A DNA stretch of 45,886 nucleotides from Octopus sinensis (taxonomy: Eukaryota). Numbering within the stretch: the stretch's first letter is position 1; every line of letters begins with the position of its first letter. Position numbers and translations under genes: made by a program. Shown here one piece after another: positions 1-13,517 of the stretch. The stretch lies in NCBI RefSeq assembly GCF_006345805.1, contig NW_021834828.1, positions 1 to 45,886 of the forward strand, in the 5' to 3' direction. Under the pieces are notes generated by a model, which was not told the origin of the DNA, did no database searches, and saw nothing but the letters and a program-made list of their open reading frames with translations.

Positions 1-123
1 TAAGTCTGAGGGCGTGTGGGAAGATGAATAGAAGCATGACGTCGCCATCACTAGTGATCACTCCAAACATCATTGATGTTGACTGGATGTTTGATTTTTC
101 TCACTCTCGGTACACATCCTCAG
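1..123 (-). pseudogene. Tc1/mariner-superfamily (DDE) transposase fragment, frameshifted
   Basis: Minus strand reads PRVRKIKHPVNI-(frameshift)-MMFGVITSDGDVMLLFIFPHALRL, matching the Tc1-type 'K.P..IMVFGVI..DG...P.FIF' region. It runs off the window start and is cut by (TA)n at ~125. Confidence 0.75.
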
Positions 124-162
124 AATATATATATATATATATATAATATAATATAATAATAT

Positions 163-408
163 GTGGAGGCGCAATAGCCCAGTGGTTAGGGCAGCGGACT
201 CGCGGTCGTAGGATCGCGGTTTCTATTCCCAGGATGGTGGCGATCCCTGCTGTACTCTTTCGTCACAACTTTCTCTCACTCTTTCTTCTGTTGGTCTGCT
301 CGCTTAGCCATCGGAGTGGCGTCATTTAAAGGCTAAAACAATGCGAAGCGCATTGTGACCAGTGATGTGTAGCAACATCTGATAGTCTGGTCGGTCACGT
401 TGATCACG

Positions 409-413
<5 letters not shown>
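163..413 (+). mobile_element. tRNA-derived SINE type B, tail variant 1 (internally deleted)
   Basis: Head ggaggcgcaatagcccagtggttagggcagcgg..ggtttctattccc has A- and B-box-like motifs. The tail ends in gatcacg(t) repeats. Homologous to the minus-strand copy at 23584-23854. Confidence 0.85.
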
Positions 414-444
<31 letters not shown>

Positions 445-776
445 CTGCCGTGCGTACGCTTAGGCGTTCAGATTTCGCGAGTAGTCGCTAACAATATTCA
501 TTGCCACATCTCCTTACCTATATGAACATACAACTAAACACATATACAGTCTTCAAAAGATACAGCAGACAGAGAGAGAGAGAGTTTATGAAATAAAAGG
601 TAGTAAAACGCTGTCAACTGTATTCTTAATGATACGACTTACAGCTAGATGATCATGGAATAATTGGAGAAATGAACCGTACCTACTTCCAGCTAACTAG
701 CGTTAGAATAATTGAACGAATAATAAAAGTGAGCATGAATACTTCAAGACAACAAAATTCAATGTCAGAACTTATA

Positions 777-1182
777 GGCGCAGGAGTGGCTGTGTGGTAA
801 GTAGCTTGCTAACCAACCACATGGTTCCGGGTTCAGTCCCACTGCGTGGTATCTTGGGCAAGTGTCTTCTGCTATAGCCCCGGGCCGACCAATGCCTTGT
901 GAGTGGATTTGGTAGACGGAAACTGAAAGAAGCCTGTCGTATATATGTATATATGTTTGTGTGTGTGTGTGTTTGTGTGTCTGTGTTTGTCCCCATAGCA
1001 TTGCTTGACAACCGATGCTGGTGTGTTTACGTCCCCGTCACTTAGCGTTTCGGCAAAAGAGACCGATAGAATAAGTACTGGGCTTACAAAGAATAAGTCC
1101 CGGGGTCGATTTGCTCGACTAAAAGACGGTGCTCCAGCATGGCCGCAGTCAAATGATTGAAAAGAGTAAAAGAGTAAAGAGT
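777..1182 (+). mobile_element. tRNA-derived SINE type A with internal (TA)/(TG) microsatellite and RTE-like tail
   Basis: Head ggcgcaggagtggctgtgtggtaag..ggttcagtccc; tail ctccagcatggccgcagtcaaatga..(aaagagt)n. Near-identical copies at 11233, 28428, 34238 and 39629. Confidence 0.92.
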
Positions 1183-1539
1183 ATATATCAGAAAATAGAA
1201 TAAGAAATGCTTGAAGGCTAACACTCCGGCTGGATTTCATTCTTTCTGTGGCGCATCACATCGCTTCAGCATGCTTCATTTATTTATTATTTTTTTTTTT
1301 ACAGAAAGAGTTAACTAGCACGTATCGGCTTTGATATCGAGTGGCTATTTTCTATGGCCGATGCCTGTCAAGAATTATACAGCGCTTATAGTGAACCGCC
1401 ATTTAATACGACAATGTATCCAGTACGAAAATTGAGTTGCATTAGAAAAGTATGCTTTACACGACAATATAGCGATAATTTAAGATCAATACCGGCTAGA
1501 TCATTGTGTCCATATATATATCTGAATATAATTCTGCAT

Positions 1540-1655
1540 ATACCTATATTTATATCTACCTACCTATCTACCTACTTACCTACCTACCTACCTACCTACC
1601 TACTTACCTACCTACCTACCTACCTAACTACCTACCTACCCACATACCTACCTAC

Positions 1656-1696
<41 letters not shown>

Positions 1697-2020
1697 CATC
1701 TATCTATCTGTATAGCTATCTATCTAACTATCCATCTATCTATCTGCCTGTCTGTTAATATATCTATCTATCTTTCTATACTATATATATATACATACAC
1801 TCGTACGTACTTTTAGTATGTATGTATGATGCATAAATATAATATATATATATATATATATATATCTATATATATATATGTATGTATATATACATATATA
1901 TATGCTATATATATATATAAATATATATATATTATATATATATATATATATATACACATACATATATGCTTATATGTATATACGTACATACATACATATA
2001 TACATACATATACATACGCA
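1540..2020. repeat. (CTAC/CTAT)n then (TA/TACA)n microsatellites
   Basis: Visible directly; source of spurious YLPT/YLSI/IYIY ORFs. Confidence 0.95.
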
Positions 2021-2608
2021 TGTATGATTTGGCTTTTAGCATTCGGCAAACAGTTTACGGACAATCAAATACGAAGCAAATTGTTGAAGAGGCATTGAAG
2101 TAAAAGCGAATAATAACATCTAGACCAGTCTTATCAATACAAAATGGTTTTCCATAACTCAAGTCCAAGCTAACTACATGCCATTTATTAACGGTTTCAC
2201 TTCTGGTATAGCGTATAATCTAAATGTATATAATTTCTTGAAAGGACAGACTTGCTTTCCAAAAATGGAAATTGTCCGTAAATTATGTGAAAGCCGAATT
2301 ATGTGATAGACATGCAACATTTGCAGTGTTAACTACGAAAGTTGTTAGCATTAGCATATCTCACATTATCCGTGGTTTATTCGTTCGATTCCGCTGTCTT
2401 ATGTAGAAATACAAATGTATTTATGCATTAAATTTACAAGTAGATGTCATATAAGCGCATACAAATATTATTTCAATGAGCATATAATTCACTTATTCGA
2501 AATACCGGAAACGTAATCATCATCGAAACAAACGTAGATAGGTTTACTTATTTGCTCTCATTCTTTGTTTTCTCTTTATTTTCTTTCTTTATCTCTCTCT
2601 CTCGTGAT

Positions 2609-2652
<44 letters not shown>

Positions 2653-2653
<1 letters not shown>

Positions 2654-2975
2654 TTTATTTAAAGCATATTACTCTACCACTGGTATTTGAGTACTCTTTT
2701 TTCCACCTTGTTTCACATTTATGTGTTTACTCCGGTATATATATATACATATATTCAAAATGTGACCGCGTGTTTACCGTTGGCAATTTTTTTTCCTCTG
2801 TCTTCCCTTCTCTGGATCTTTCCTTTTCCTATGTTTCCGACGAAGCGCTCCGCTCGAAACGTCAAACCCTCCTTCTTCCCTTCCTTCCTGAGCGTTCAAT
2901 AATACTATATTTGTTCCACGTCCTCGCGTTGTTGTGTTTTCTCTTTGTGTTTTCATGTTTGGATTAACTTTATAT
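2653..2975 (+). mobile_element. Non-coding Penelope-like (pLTR/retrozyme-like) module pair embedded in (TA)n
   Basis: 2661-2735 is identical, apart from a 1-nt indel, to 23057-23130. 2745-2975 carries a minimal hammerhead motif. Both parts are bounded by (TA)n. Confidence 0.6.
2833..2867 (+). ncRNA. Minimal type I hammerhead ribozyme motif, core variant U4C
   Basis: GTTT-CCGACGA-A-GCGC tcc GCTC-GAAA-CGT-C|AAAC: stem I GTTT/AAAC, stem II with one mismatch, palindromic ACGT stem III, GUC cleavage triplet. Confidence 0.65.
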
Positions 2976-2994
2976 ATATATATATAAATAAATA

Positions 2995-3189
2995 AATGGA
3001 GTTTAACGCAGGTGTAATCAAATATTCTTACTTTCGACACATGTTTCGAAAATTCCACTGATACTATTCAAAAGAATAAATGGTATAAACAATGCAATCT
3101 TCTCTTCAGGAAAATGAAAAAAACGAAACTCGTCAATAAGACATTTTAGAAAGTAAAAGTATTTGATTACACCTGCGTTAAACTCCATT
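2995..3189. mobile_element. MITE-like/foldback element with ~41-bp terminal inverted repeats
   Basis: 2995-3024 (aatggagtttaacgcaggtgtaatcaaata) is the exact reverse complement of 3160-3189, and pairing extends inward 11 bp with 2 mismatches. Confidence 0.75.
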
Positions 3190-3341
3190 ATTTATTCATA
3201 TATTATTCAAAATATTCAACGTAAACACGATTTTCCTACCTTTATAAACAAGGAGTTACAACACCTTTACTTGTGAGATTTTTGCTGCCCTGGTAACTAT
3301 TTTTTTTTTTCCGTGTTAATTGTTAAGAAGGTAAAAATACA

Positions 3342-3418
<77 letters not shown>

Positions 3419-3598
3419 TACTCGGTCTTGTTTGGATTGACTATATACCGCACGCTCACACGGACCACGGCCTTCTGACTGACTCTAGAGTAACCAATTC
3501 CTGGAATTACTGTTCCTCTTGCTTCGGATTACACCAGTCTACATCTTGATTGGAAATCATCACCATTTGTGCGTGAACAATTCATCATACGTTCAGAA

Positions 3599-3745
3599 AA
3601 GTATGCTTAGCGGCATTTCGTCCGTTTTTACGTTCTGAGTTCAAATTCCGCCGAGCTCGACTTTGCCTTTCATCTTTTCGGTGTGGATAAATTAAGTACC
3701 ACTTGAATGGTATCACTTGTGTACTGGGGTCGATTACATTGACCC
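3599..3745 (+). mobile_element. SINE type D fragment (single body)
   Basis: ctgagttcaaattccgccgag..ctttgcctttcatc..gataaattaagtacc, the type D body. Confidence 0.8.
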
Positions 3746-3825
3746 AGTACTGTTGTTGTTGTCGACATGGTGGTCGTTGTTGTTGTTGCAGCACGTATTT
3801 TTATCCATTGTGAAAGAAACAGAAT

Positions 3826-4260
3826 CATCATCATCATCATCATCGCAATCATCATCATCATCATCACCACCATCACCACCACCACCATCACCACCACCAC
3901 CATCACCACCATCATCATCATCATCATAATTATCATCATCATTATCATCATCATCATCATTATCATCATCATCATCATCATCATCATCACCATCATTATC
4001 ACCATCACCATCATCACCATCATCATCATCATCACCACCACCATCATCATCATCATCTTATCACCATCATCATGATCAGTAGTAGTAGTTAGTAGTAGTA
4101 GTATTTTTGTTATTATTATTTTCATTATTATTATTATTATTATTAATATTATTATCACTATTATTATTATTATCATTATTATTATTATTATTATTAGCAG
4201 TAGTAGTAGTAGTAGTAGTAGCAGCAGCAGCAGCAGTAGCAGCAGCAGTAACAGCAGCAG
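3826..4260. repeat. Mosaic trinucleotide tract (ATC/ACC, AGT, TAT, CAG)
   Basis: Visible directly; gives poly-I/L/M ORFs. Confidence 0.95.
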
Positions 4261-4802
4261 CATACCATATACTGTTGTTGTGTCTGTTAGTTGTTTTCTG
4301 CTCCTGTTGCTATTTGTGTTAACTCTGGTTATAATGGCCGCCAAGATGGCGGTTGCGGCGATGTCATTGGTGACGGTGGCGTCGATGGTATAGTTTATTA
4401 TTTCTCCACCGACTTTGAAATTGGCTGTAATTTATAGTTTTATTATTAAGCCTTAGCATTTTCTTCATTTTTTTTTCTTTATTTATTTTATTTTCATTAT
4501 GTATTTTTTTAATTTTTGTTTTTCATTTCTTCCTTTATTCTTTATTCTTTATTCTTTATTCTTTTATTCCTTTAGTCGTTTTTTTCTTTCTCAACTGAGC
4601 TGAGTTTAATCAGCAACGGAGCTTTAAACAGATGATTAAAGACTTCTAATGAAAATTAAATGCTGGAAACATGCGCAAAGAATCTTTTCAAAAGACTTTC
4701 GACATTTAAAATGATTACAACAAGCGGCAGAGGCATTCATTCACTCACCAATATCTAAGACTTAATTATTTAGAAACGAGTTAAATCAAAGAAGGAAAAA
4801 CG

Positions 4803-5900
<1,098 letters not shown>

Positions 5901-5999
5901 TTATATGGCATTCTGTGCTGGTATTGATTGTTGATTGAATTTTTCCTTTTCTTGTAGTGTGGGGAAGAAAAAAGGGGCTGTGTCCATGGCGTTAGTAGA

Positions 6000-6370
6000 C
6001 CGAGTGGGAGTGATTAGTTTCAATCCCTTTGACATCAATATTTCATGTAGGACAAAAGCTGGGTACTGGGGGTTAATGTAGTGACTGAAGAGATGACCAG
6101 ACGTAATGTGAAAGTACTGAAGAAGATGGTTGAATGTAGTGTGTTTATTTGAGAGGGTTTTGTATGAAAGCAGCTAGAGTCGAGAATCGGAGGTAATCGT
6201 GTTTTGAGGCGAAGAGAATTGGCTGAGATAGAAAACTAGAACGTCTATGAGGTTAGAAGTTGAAGAAATATTTTTTTTTCATGTGTGTGTGAAAGTCAAC
6301 CGATCGAAGGTGCATTCTTTGGAAAGAGGTTGAAGTGTTGAGCGTGTTGGTGGGATTTAAGCATTGACAC
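6000..6370 (-). pseudogene. Possible decayed Penelope-like RT C-terminal remnant
   Basis: Minus strand, with frameshifts, gives VDFH..ISSTSNLIDVLV..QNTITS..SYKT..H, loosely like the PLE RT 'NFHP.LKFT..ISSTS..FLD..S.HYKP' stretch. Recognised by eye only. Confidence 0.3.
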
Positions 6371-6393
6371 TATGCAAGGTCTGAGAGCAATAC

Positions 6394-6696
6394 CTATTTC
6401 TTTACTGGATGGCAAAGTCGACCTCGGCAGAATTTGAACTCAGAATGTAAAGACAGACGAAATACCTATTTCTTTACTGCCCACAAGGGGCTAAACACAG
6501 AGAGGACAAACAAGGACAGACAAAGGGATTAAGTCGATTACATCGACCCCCGTGCGTTGCTGGTACTTAATTTATCGACACTGAAAGGATGAAAGGCAAA
6601 GTCAACCTCGGCGGAATTTGAACTCAGAAGGTAACGGCAGACGAAATACGACTACGCATTTCGCCTGCTCGCCGCCCTCTTCTGCCAGCTCGCCGC
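6394..6696 (-). mobile_element. SINE type D (head + unit + deleted unit) with 14-bp target-site duplication
   Basis: Type D body and tail. tctgagagcaatac is repeated at 6380-6393 and 6710-6723. Confidence 0.88.
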
Positions 6697-8384
6697 AATA
6701 CAGTTTTGCTCTGAGAGCAATACTGTATTGCATTTCTGAAGGTATGGTGAATTGGTCAAGCTCATTAACTGACATGCTACTTGACACAAACATAAAGATT
6801 ACAGGAAGTCTTGCGGGTGTTCTTGTCAAGTGCTATCTGCAGAGGAAGAGTCTCTTGATCGGTGTATTATGCCAGAAGTTGATATTGTAACTTTAAAAGA
6901 AAATACGAATTATTCAAATACAAAGATCAGAAGATAAAATTTAAACAGATTGCGGGTATTTAAATCTTAAGCATCGGCATAATAATAGATGTCTTGGGAA
7001 TGCAGACAAGCATGCATGATTAAATGCCTCAGGTCTTGCTCGTAAGCGCATAATGCATAAATTAGGACTGTTTGGTACGGCTGACATTTTATGTAGATTT
7101 AATACAATAGAATTGGGGAGCGAAATAGTGCATATACCTTATGCAGACACTGTTGCATCTCAATTATGTAGCGAAAACGATGAGAGAAAAATAAATCAAA
7201 TTAAATATTTTTATTAATTGGTCCTAGGTAGAATGCCTTGAGATTGCTTCTAGGGATTCACCCGTCAATTGACACCGACGTTTGTATGGAATTGTATTGT
7301 TTTCGACCCCGGCGAAATAAAAAAGTTAATATCATGCCACAGGAATTTCACTTTGGAACAAAATGAATCGCAATAAATGTTACAAGCTGCTTTTGTGAAT
7401 AATGTTTCGGTCAAACAACTGACTTCTTGTTCAGAAAGGGATTTTATTTTTCGTATTCTTTCTACTAGTGAGGTCCGTTCTGCGATAATTAATGTAGCGA
7501 TGCGAGAAATGTTTTCCATTGTTACGCTTTTGCTTTTGTTAAGAAAAATGAATCATTAACTTAATTTTCAGCCAAAAAAAGCAGCGAAGATAATCCTGGT
7601 ATGCTATCAAATAAAAATTAATCAGTAGGGCATTGTGAATTTCGTCTTGTTGGCATATAGACGAACCTTACGCCTTATTTCGGTCTTATGAGATCTCATT
7701 AGCGAAGCACACATTCCAGGATTAAATCCACCGTTTGTATAGCAACATAATCGTAAGTTCGAAGTAATGAAACGAGACAATGAAATAAAAACCAACTACC
7801 TGCGGAAGAGAGAGATATTTTCTTGGTTTACAATTGAATTGCCACTAATCGACACAAAATAACATCAGCTCATTACTACAATGAAGCTGGGCCGCTGTTG
7901 GTGTTTAATCAACAGACAGTATTAATTCATTACTACTGGGATCAAAAGAGATTCTGCCGTGACCATCTCAGGGCATTTTTAGTCTTATTATATCCAGTAT
8001 TCCATTTCTTAACACATCCTTTTGTCTTAATATACGGTGAGATTCATGAATCGATGGAGGTTTGAGGTGTTTCAAATCTCGCTACTATATAATGCAGAAC
8101 ATTTGCTATCTCATTATGTTGCTAGATGAATCGTTAGCGCGTCGGACAAAACTCTTTGCGGAACTTGTTCTGATTTTTTTCATGGCCTGAGTTCGAATCT
8201 TGCTGGTGTTAACTTTACTTTTCACTGTTAGTGAACTAAGGTAACACTCCTTAATTTTTCGAGCACCATACGGAGTATTCGGGCGGTTCCAAGTAGTACT
8301 GTTTTCTGCAAGTGCTCCACCCTTATTGCAGCCCCTATTTGTTCCATGTTCAGAAAAAGACGCCGTGGAAATAGTAAATGGCGC

Positions 8385-8916
8385 AGTGTAAGTAGTATAT
8401 CTGATGCAGTGTAAATAGTACATGATATTGTGTAATTATCATATCCCAGTGTAATTGTTGTGTGACATAGTGTAAATAGTAGAGGGTGCAGTGTAAATAG
8501 TAGAAGGTGTAGTGTAAACAGTTTATCATATTGTAAACAGGAAATTACACCGTGTAAATAGTTAATATAGTTAAACTATATATTACAACCATATCGTAAA
8601 TCTCTTCGGGTAAATATTAAAACAGTGTAAATAACGCAACACAGTGTATATAGTAAAGGAAATTGTAGAAATAGTAAACCACAGTGTAAATAGTATAATG
8701 GCATCGTGCAAATAATAAATCACAGTATAAATAAAACACCAGAGTGTATATATATATATAGTAAATCGCATCGTTTAGATACTATATCACATTGTAAAGG
8801 TTAAATCGCACCGTGTAAATAGCTCATAGTTAAATATCATATCACATTGTGAATAGTATAATTACACCCTGTAAATAGTATATAATAGTGTAAATAGTAT
8901 ATAATAGTGTAAATAG
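8385..8916. repeat. Degenerate ~18-22-bp minisatellite with conserved (A)GTGTAAATAG core and variable spacers
   Basis: TGTAAAYA recurs at e.g. 8471, 8492, 8514, 8532, 8553, 8870, 8889 and 8907, with more degenerate copies between. Confidence 0.85.
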
Positions 8917-10296
8917 AATAATCGCATCGATGTTACTAGCATTGTCAAGTCAATACAGACAGACACCAACACCTACCTACGAAATATAGACGAAAATTAA
9001 AGAAGCTTAACCAGTTTATATCTACTAATCATTGGAAACTAATTAAAGTAGAACATTCTCTTGAGATATTAGGTATCGGTTCTGAGGTCAACGCAGCTAA
9101 TGGTCAGCCATATCAATCTAAGAACTGACCACTGACCACGTAGTCGATGTGTAGGCTCTGTCCAAATAGGTATTGCGTTTACGCCAATAACGTCTTCACT
9201 AATTCACCTATGTATCATTAGGTCTAGACTACACAACATAAAGCTGTCTTAATTCGCTTACTGTTTGATATTAAAGTCTTAAATCTTATTTTAATATCAA
9301 TTATTTATCGCAATAGCGAAGGAATTTCGATGTAGTTCATTTTGCCTGCTAGAAATAACAGCCAAAACTCGACCTATCAGATTATGGACTTTGTGAAGCG
9401 TAATTACAAAGCAAATGGTTTAATCCTAAGCTGAAACAATTACAGTGCGCAAGTCACATATTATCCAATCGAAAATACACAGCGACTGATAGCATTTATT
9501 ATATTTGTGTGAAAATGTTCGCCACACTAACTGCAACCTGGTCACTGACACGATTCTACTGAATCGCAAATTATTACAAACATCATAAGACGAGTTTGGG
9601 AGGACAAATCGAATAATTAAAAGTCCTGTAAGTCACGGAATGTCCTAGTAGATGGTAGAATCCTATATTTGACTAAAGGCTGGGTTTCATTCGATTGCTT
9701 ATGGTTAAACAAAAGCAGCCTCAACACGAAAAGCATGTGTCGAAACAATGATATCCGAATGAGGTAGAATCTCACTTCAGATGAATCACGCACAAAATAT
9801 AACCCGATGTATTTGTGCAGAGGTGCATTAGATATAACTGTTTTACGAAATTTATATTTTACGCCGAAATATGCATCGAAGTTCTTCCTTTTTGGATAAT
9901 GTACTGTGCTGTGGGGGGAGAATGAATCCGACGTTTGGGAACTTAAAACTTTCTCTGAGAAAGGAAACATAAGCAGCACACACACATACACACACACACC
10001 ACATACACACAAATACACAGAAACAGAAACATGCAGAAATACTCTCCGCACACACACATACACACGCACACAAACGTAAGCACTAACACGCATACACAGA
10101 AACACGCACTTACTCTTCTCTTTCTTTCGCTCTTTCTTTCAGACGATACGTTAATCAGAAAATAACACAAACAATGTATTGCTCTAAATCGTGCTCTCCA
10201 CAGTGTAGTGTTCTCTAAATACGCATGAGTATTATGTGCTTATATGTATGTTATATATATATATATATCCTGTATCATACACCCACCATATATACT

Positions 10297-10353
<57 letters not shown>

Positions 10354-10814
10354 GTGTATATGTGTGTACGGGAGCATGTATGAGTGCTTAGAGGTCGTCG
10401 AAATTGCGTCAATTGTTAATTGGCAGCTGATGAGTGAACTTACCTGGTTATGCTGAATATGATTGTCGTTTTCTTTTTTTATGATGATAGTGTCCTATTT
10501 GAGATCTTGGACTTACTCAAGTCAGAGCAGAATCTTTTCGTTTCCCTTTACTCTGCTCCACCAGTGCATGTTTCAGAGTTTAGTAAAAACACTGTCATTC
10601 TAGTGTTATATAATTTTTGTAAAGTAATATACGTAATTATAAAATATATATATGTATGTATGTGTGCATGTATATTTATATTCATATACGTTATGTGATT
10701 TCGTACATGGCGTAAATTTATAAACCACGCAAAGCCGTGACAATAGGGATTTTTACTATATTTCAGAACCATTCAGTCTCTGGTCTTTAGTTCTACGCGA
10801 ATGCGCACCAATAG

Positions 10815-11010
10815 TATGAAAGCTGAATGTGCTAAGAAGAAACGTAAAATTATAGAATTGGCAGAAAACTCCTCCGTAATTTGTAAGGATGAAAGTATTG
10901 CAATACGAAACTAAATTAGGTTGAAGCCGCGCTATTGGTGAGTCAAGTATCCGTAAAATTATTCATATTTCAAAACTTTACGAAGAAAAGGGACAGTGTT
11001 CTGCTTCGTC
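10815..11010 (+). pseudogene. Possible Tigger/pogo CENP-B-type HTH remnant
   Basis: MKAECAKKKRKIIELAE...(frameshift)..AIGESSIRKII resembles the pogo N-terminal 'KKRK.I.LE.K...G..ESTIR.I' pattern. Weak. Confidence 0.25.
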
Positions 11011-11232
11011 AACGAATTGCCAAAGAAGAAAGAGAGGCGTTGGAATGATTGATGTGGTACGTTACTGATCTTGTTCGAAGACTGCAATCAAAAGCGCATT
11101 TCTTTAGGTCGAGCGACCATCAAAACGGAGTCTATCATTTTGTTTGCAGCAATTGAAAGGCACAAAGACAAATGAAATAAGGAACCGAAACTAAAGAGAT
11201 AACTAACGAAACCTTTACTAGAAGTTATGGAT

Positions 11233-11650
11233 GGCGCAGGAGTGGGCTGTGGGGTAAGTAGCTTGCTTACCAACCACATGGTTCCGGGTTCAGTCCCACT
11301 GCGTGGCACCTTGGCCAACTGTCTTCTACTATAGCCTCGGGCCGACCAAAGCCTTGTGAGTGGATTTGGTAGACGGAAACTGAAAAGAAGCCTTTCGTAT
11401 ATATGTATATATGTATATCTATGTATGTGTGTGTTTGTGTGTCTGTGTTTGTCCCCCCCCTCGCATTGCTTGACAACCGATGCTGGTGTGTCCCCCGTTA
11501 CTTAGCGGTTCGGCAAAAGAGACCGATAGAATAAGTACTGGGCTTACAAAAGAATAAGTCCCGGGGTCGAGTTGCTCGATTAAAGGCGGTGCTCCAGCAT
11601 GGCCGCAGTCAAATGACTGAAACAAGTAAAAGAGTAAAAGAGTAAAAGAG
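11233..11650 (+). mobile_element. SINE type A, full length
   Basis: Same head, internal microsatellite and (aaaagagt)n tail as 777-1182. Confidence 0.92.
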
Positions 11651-11664
11651 GATAGATTTATTTC

Positions 11665-11886
11665 GAAAATAAACTGCAATGTTCGTGGCTTCGAATAAAA
11701 GAAAATACAGGAGGATCAGTTAATTAGGGTTTTATTCAACATATATTCTCCTAATAGATTCACACACTAATTGCAGCGGTTCTTTAGTTTTTCTAAGCCC
11801 TGTGAAACAACTCGTATGATTCGGTCAACAACCAGATCTTTCTCGATACCCTGAAAGTCAGTAATTTTTCTGCACCCCTCCCCAGT
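11665..11886. mobile_element. Mariner-derived MITE, diverged
   Basis: Homologous to 40568-40787 (aaatacaggagg..attgcagcgg..ctgtgaaacaactc..aatttttctgcacccc); the right TIR-like end is ttttctgcacccc. Confidence 0.7.
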
Positions 11887-12613
11887 ATTCTAGGGCAATT
11901 TGTAATTTCGGATTCTGTAAAGTTTCCTGATAAGTATATCGGAAGGCTCTATCGATATAGACTCTATATAGATGTTCTTTATAACCGTAAACGAAATCAG
12001 CAAGTTGGAGACGTATTGCGGTAGAATCCACTTGAAGGGGACGATGAACTGATGCATGGTTTCAAAGAAGGTAACTATCACGTAACTATGTTCACGGGGT
12101 AAAATGGGGAAAATGTTTCGGGACGAGAAACAAACGCAAAATACTAGGAAACCTTGGTTGTATTTACATTTTTTTCGAGAATGTCACCAAGAGGTTCACG
12201 TTGAAAAAAAAAGCAATACTAAATGAAAATACAGAATAAGTATAAGGTACGAAAAAGTTCACATATTTTCCACGGACGCTCCTGAGGTGGCAGTAACGTT
12301 GAGAAGGTGATAACGGTGTTTTCATGTACCTAGTCTCTTACCGTGTGTTTCAGTTACTGCTGTGGTTTGGTTTCGAAAGGTGCACACTTGGCATCTGCTT
12401 TTAAGACATTTGTCAATCTGTACAATGCGAGCGGTCTTTTAGTAGCGCATTGCTTAGTAAAGAACAAAAGGGATTTTTCGTAAGAGAAAACTTTTTCAAA
12501 AAAATGAAGAACGAAAAACCAATAAAAATAAAACGAAAAAAAACTTATTTATCTCTGGTAAACAGACTTACGCACGTTTGTGGTGAATGTTCAAAATCAA
12601 ATGCGACAACCGT

Positions 12614-12756
<143 letters not shown>

Positions 12757-13517
12757 AAATAAAATAATAATAGCAGCAATTATATAAATGTATATTGTTA
12801 CAAGAAATTGAATATTATTTTAACTACGAACAAACATATCAAACGGATCAGGTACGTAGATGTGGGATTTTTATTAAGCTGTTTGTGAAATGGCTGTATA
12901 GGTTTACAAAATGGTTACAAGTGTAGATCAATGGAACCTTTTAAAGGACACGAAATCACATGACATGAGATTACAAAAGATGCTATTACTCGCTAAAATT
13001 CCAGTGTAAACAACGGCTGCATTGTCGTGTTTAAGCCGTTAAGTAATGGTTTTTGTAAATGTTCAATAGTAAAAATGGAGAAAATATCCGATACGGACAA
13101 GTTGTGTCTACCGGTTGGAGAATATAAACACGCATAAATAAATATTTATGAAGGGACTGATTCAGCATAGCCATAATCTTGGTGGGTAAAATTAAGAACA
13201 AAGAACTAAAAGTGAAGCACAAATTCCAAGGACATAATCCACACATACATACACATAAACATACCTACGTATGTGCAAATGAATGTAGGCATGGTAAAAT
13301 CTTTTTGCGAAGGTAAGGTGGCGGTTCTGCGTAGGTCCATGTTAACACCTTTTAGCCTCAGGAAAGCAGATTTTGCAGCTGGCTATCTACTCATAATCTG
13401 TGTCTGAAATATATTATGAGCAAAGAAGCGTACTTCTAGCTACTAGCAGTACCAAGAGGCCGATGGTCTCTGGGTAATTTCCCGTCCTCGGTGCTGGATA
13501 ACCGCTGGCTGGAGATA

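Noticed and set aside
163-240. tRNA genes suggested by A/B-box heads
   Set aside because: The heads run into SINE bodies and recur with divergent tails; there is no complete cloverleaf.
8385-8916. CRISPR-like repeat-spacer array
   Set aside because: Eukaryotic context, repeats only ~10 bp, spacers ~10 bp, no cas genes; it is a minisatellite.
9617-10105. 162-aa minus-strand ORF
   Set aside because: The N-terminus is a (TG)n translation and the rest matches no family I recognise.
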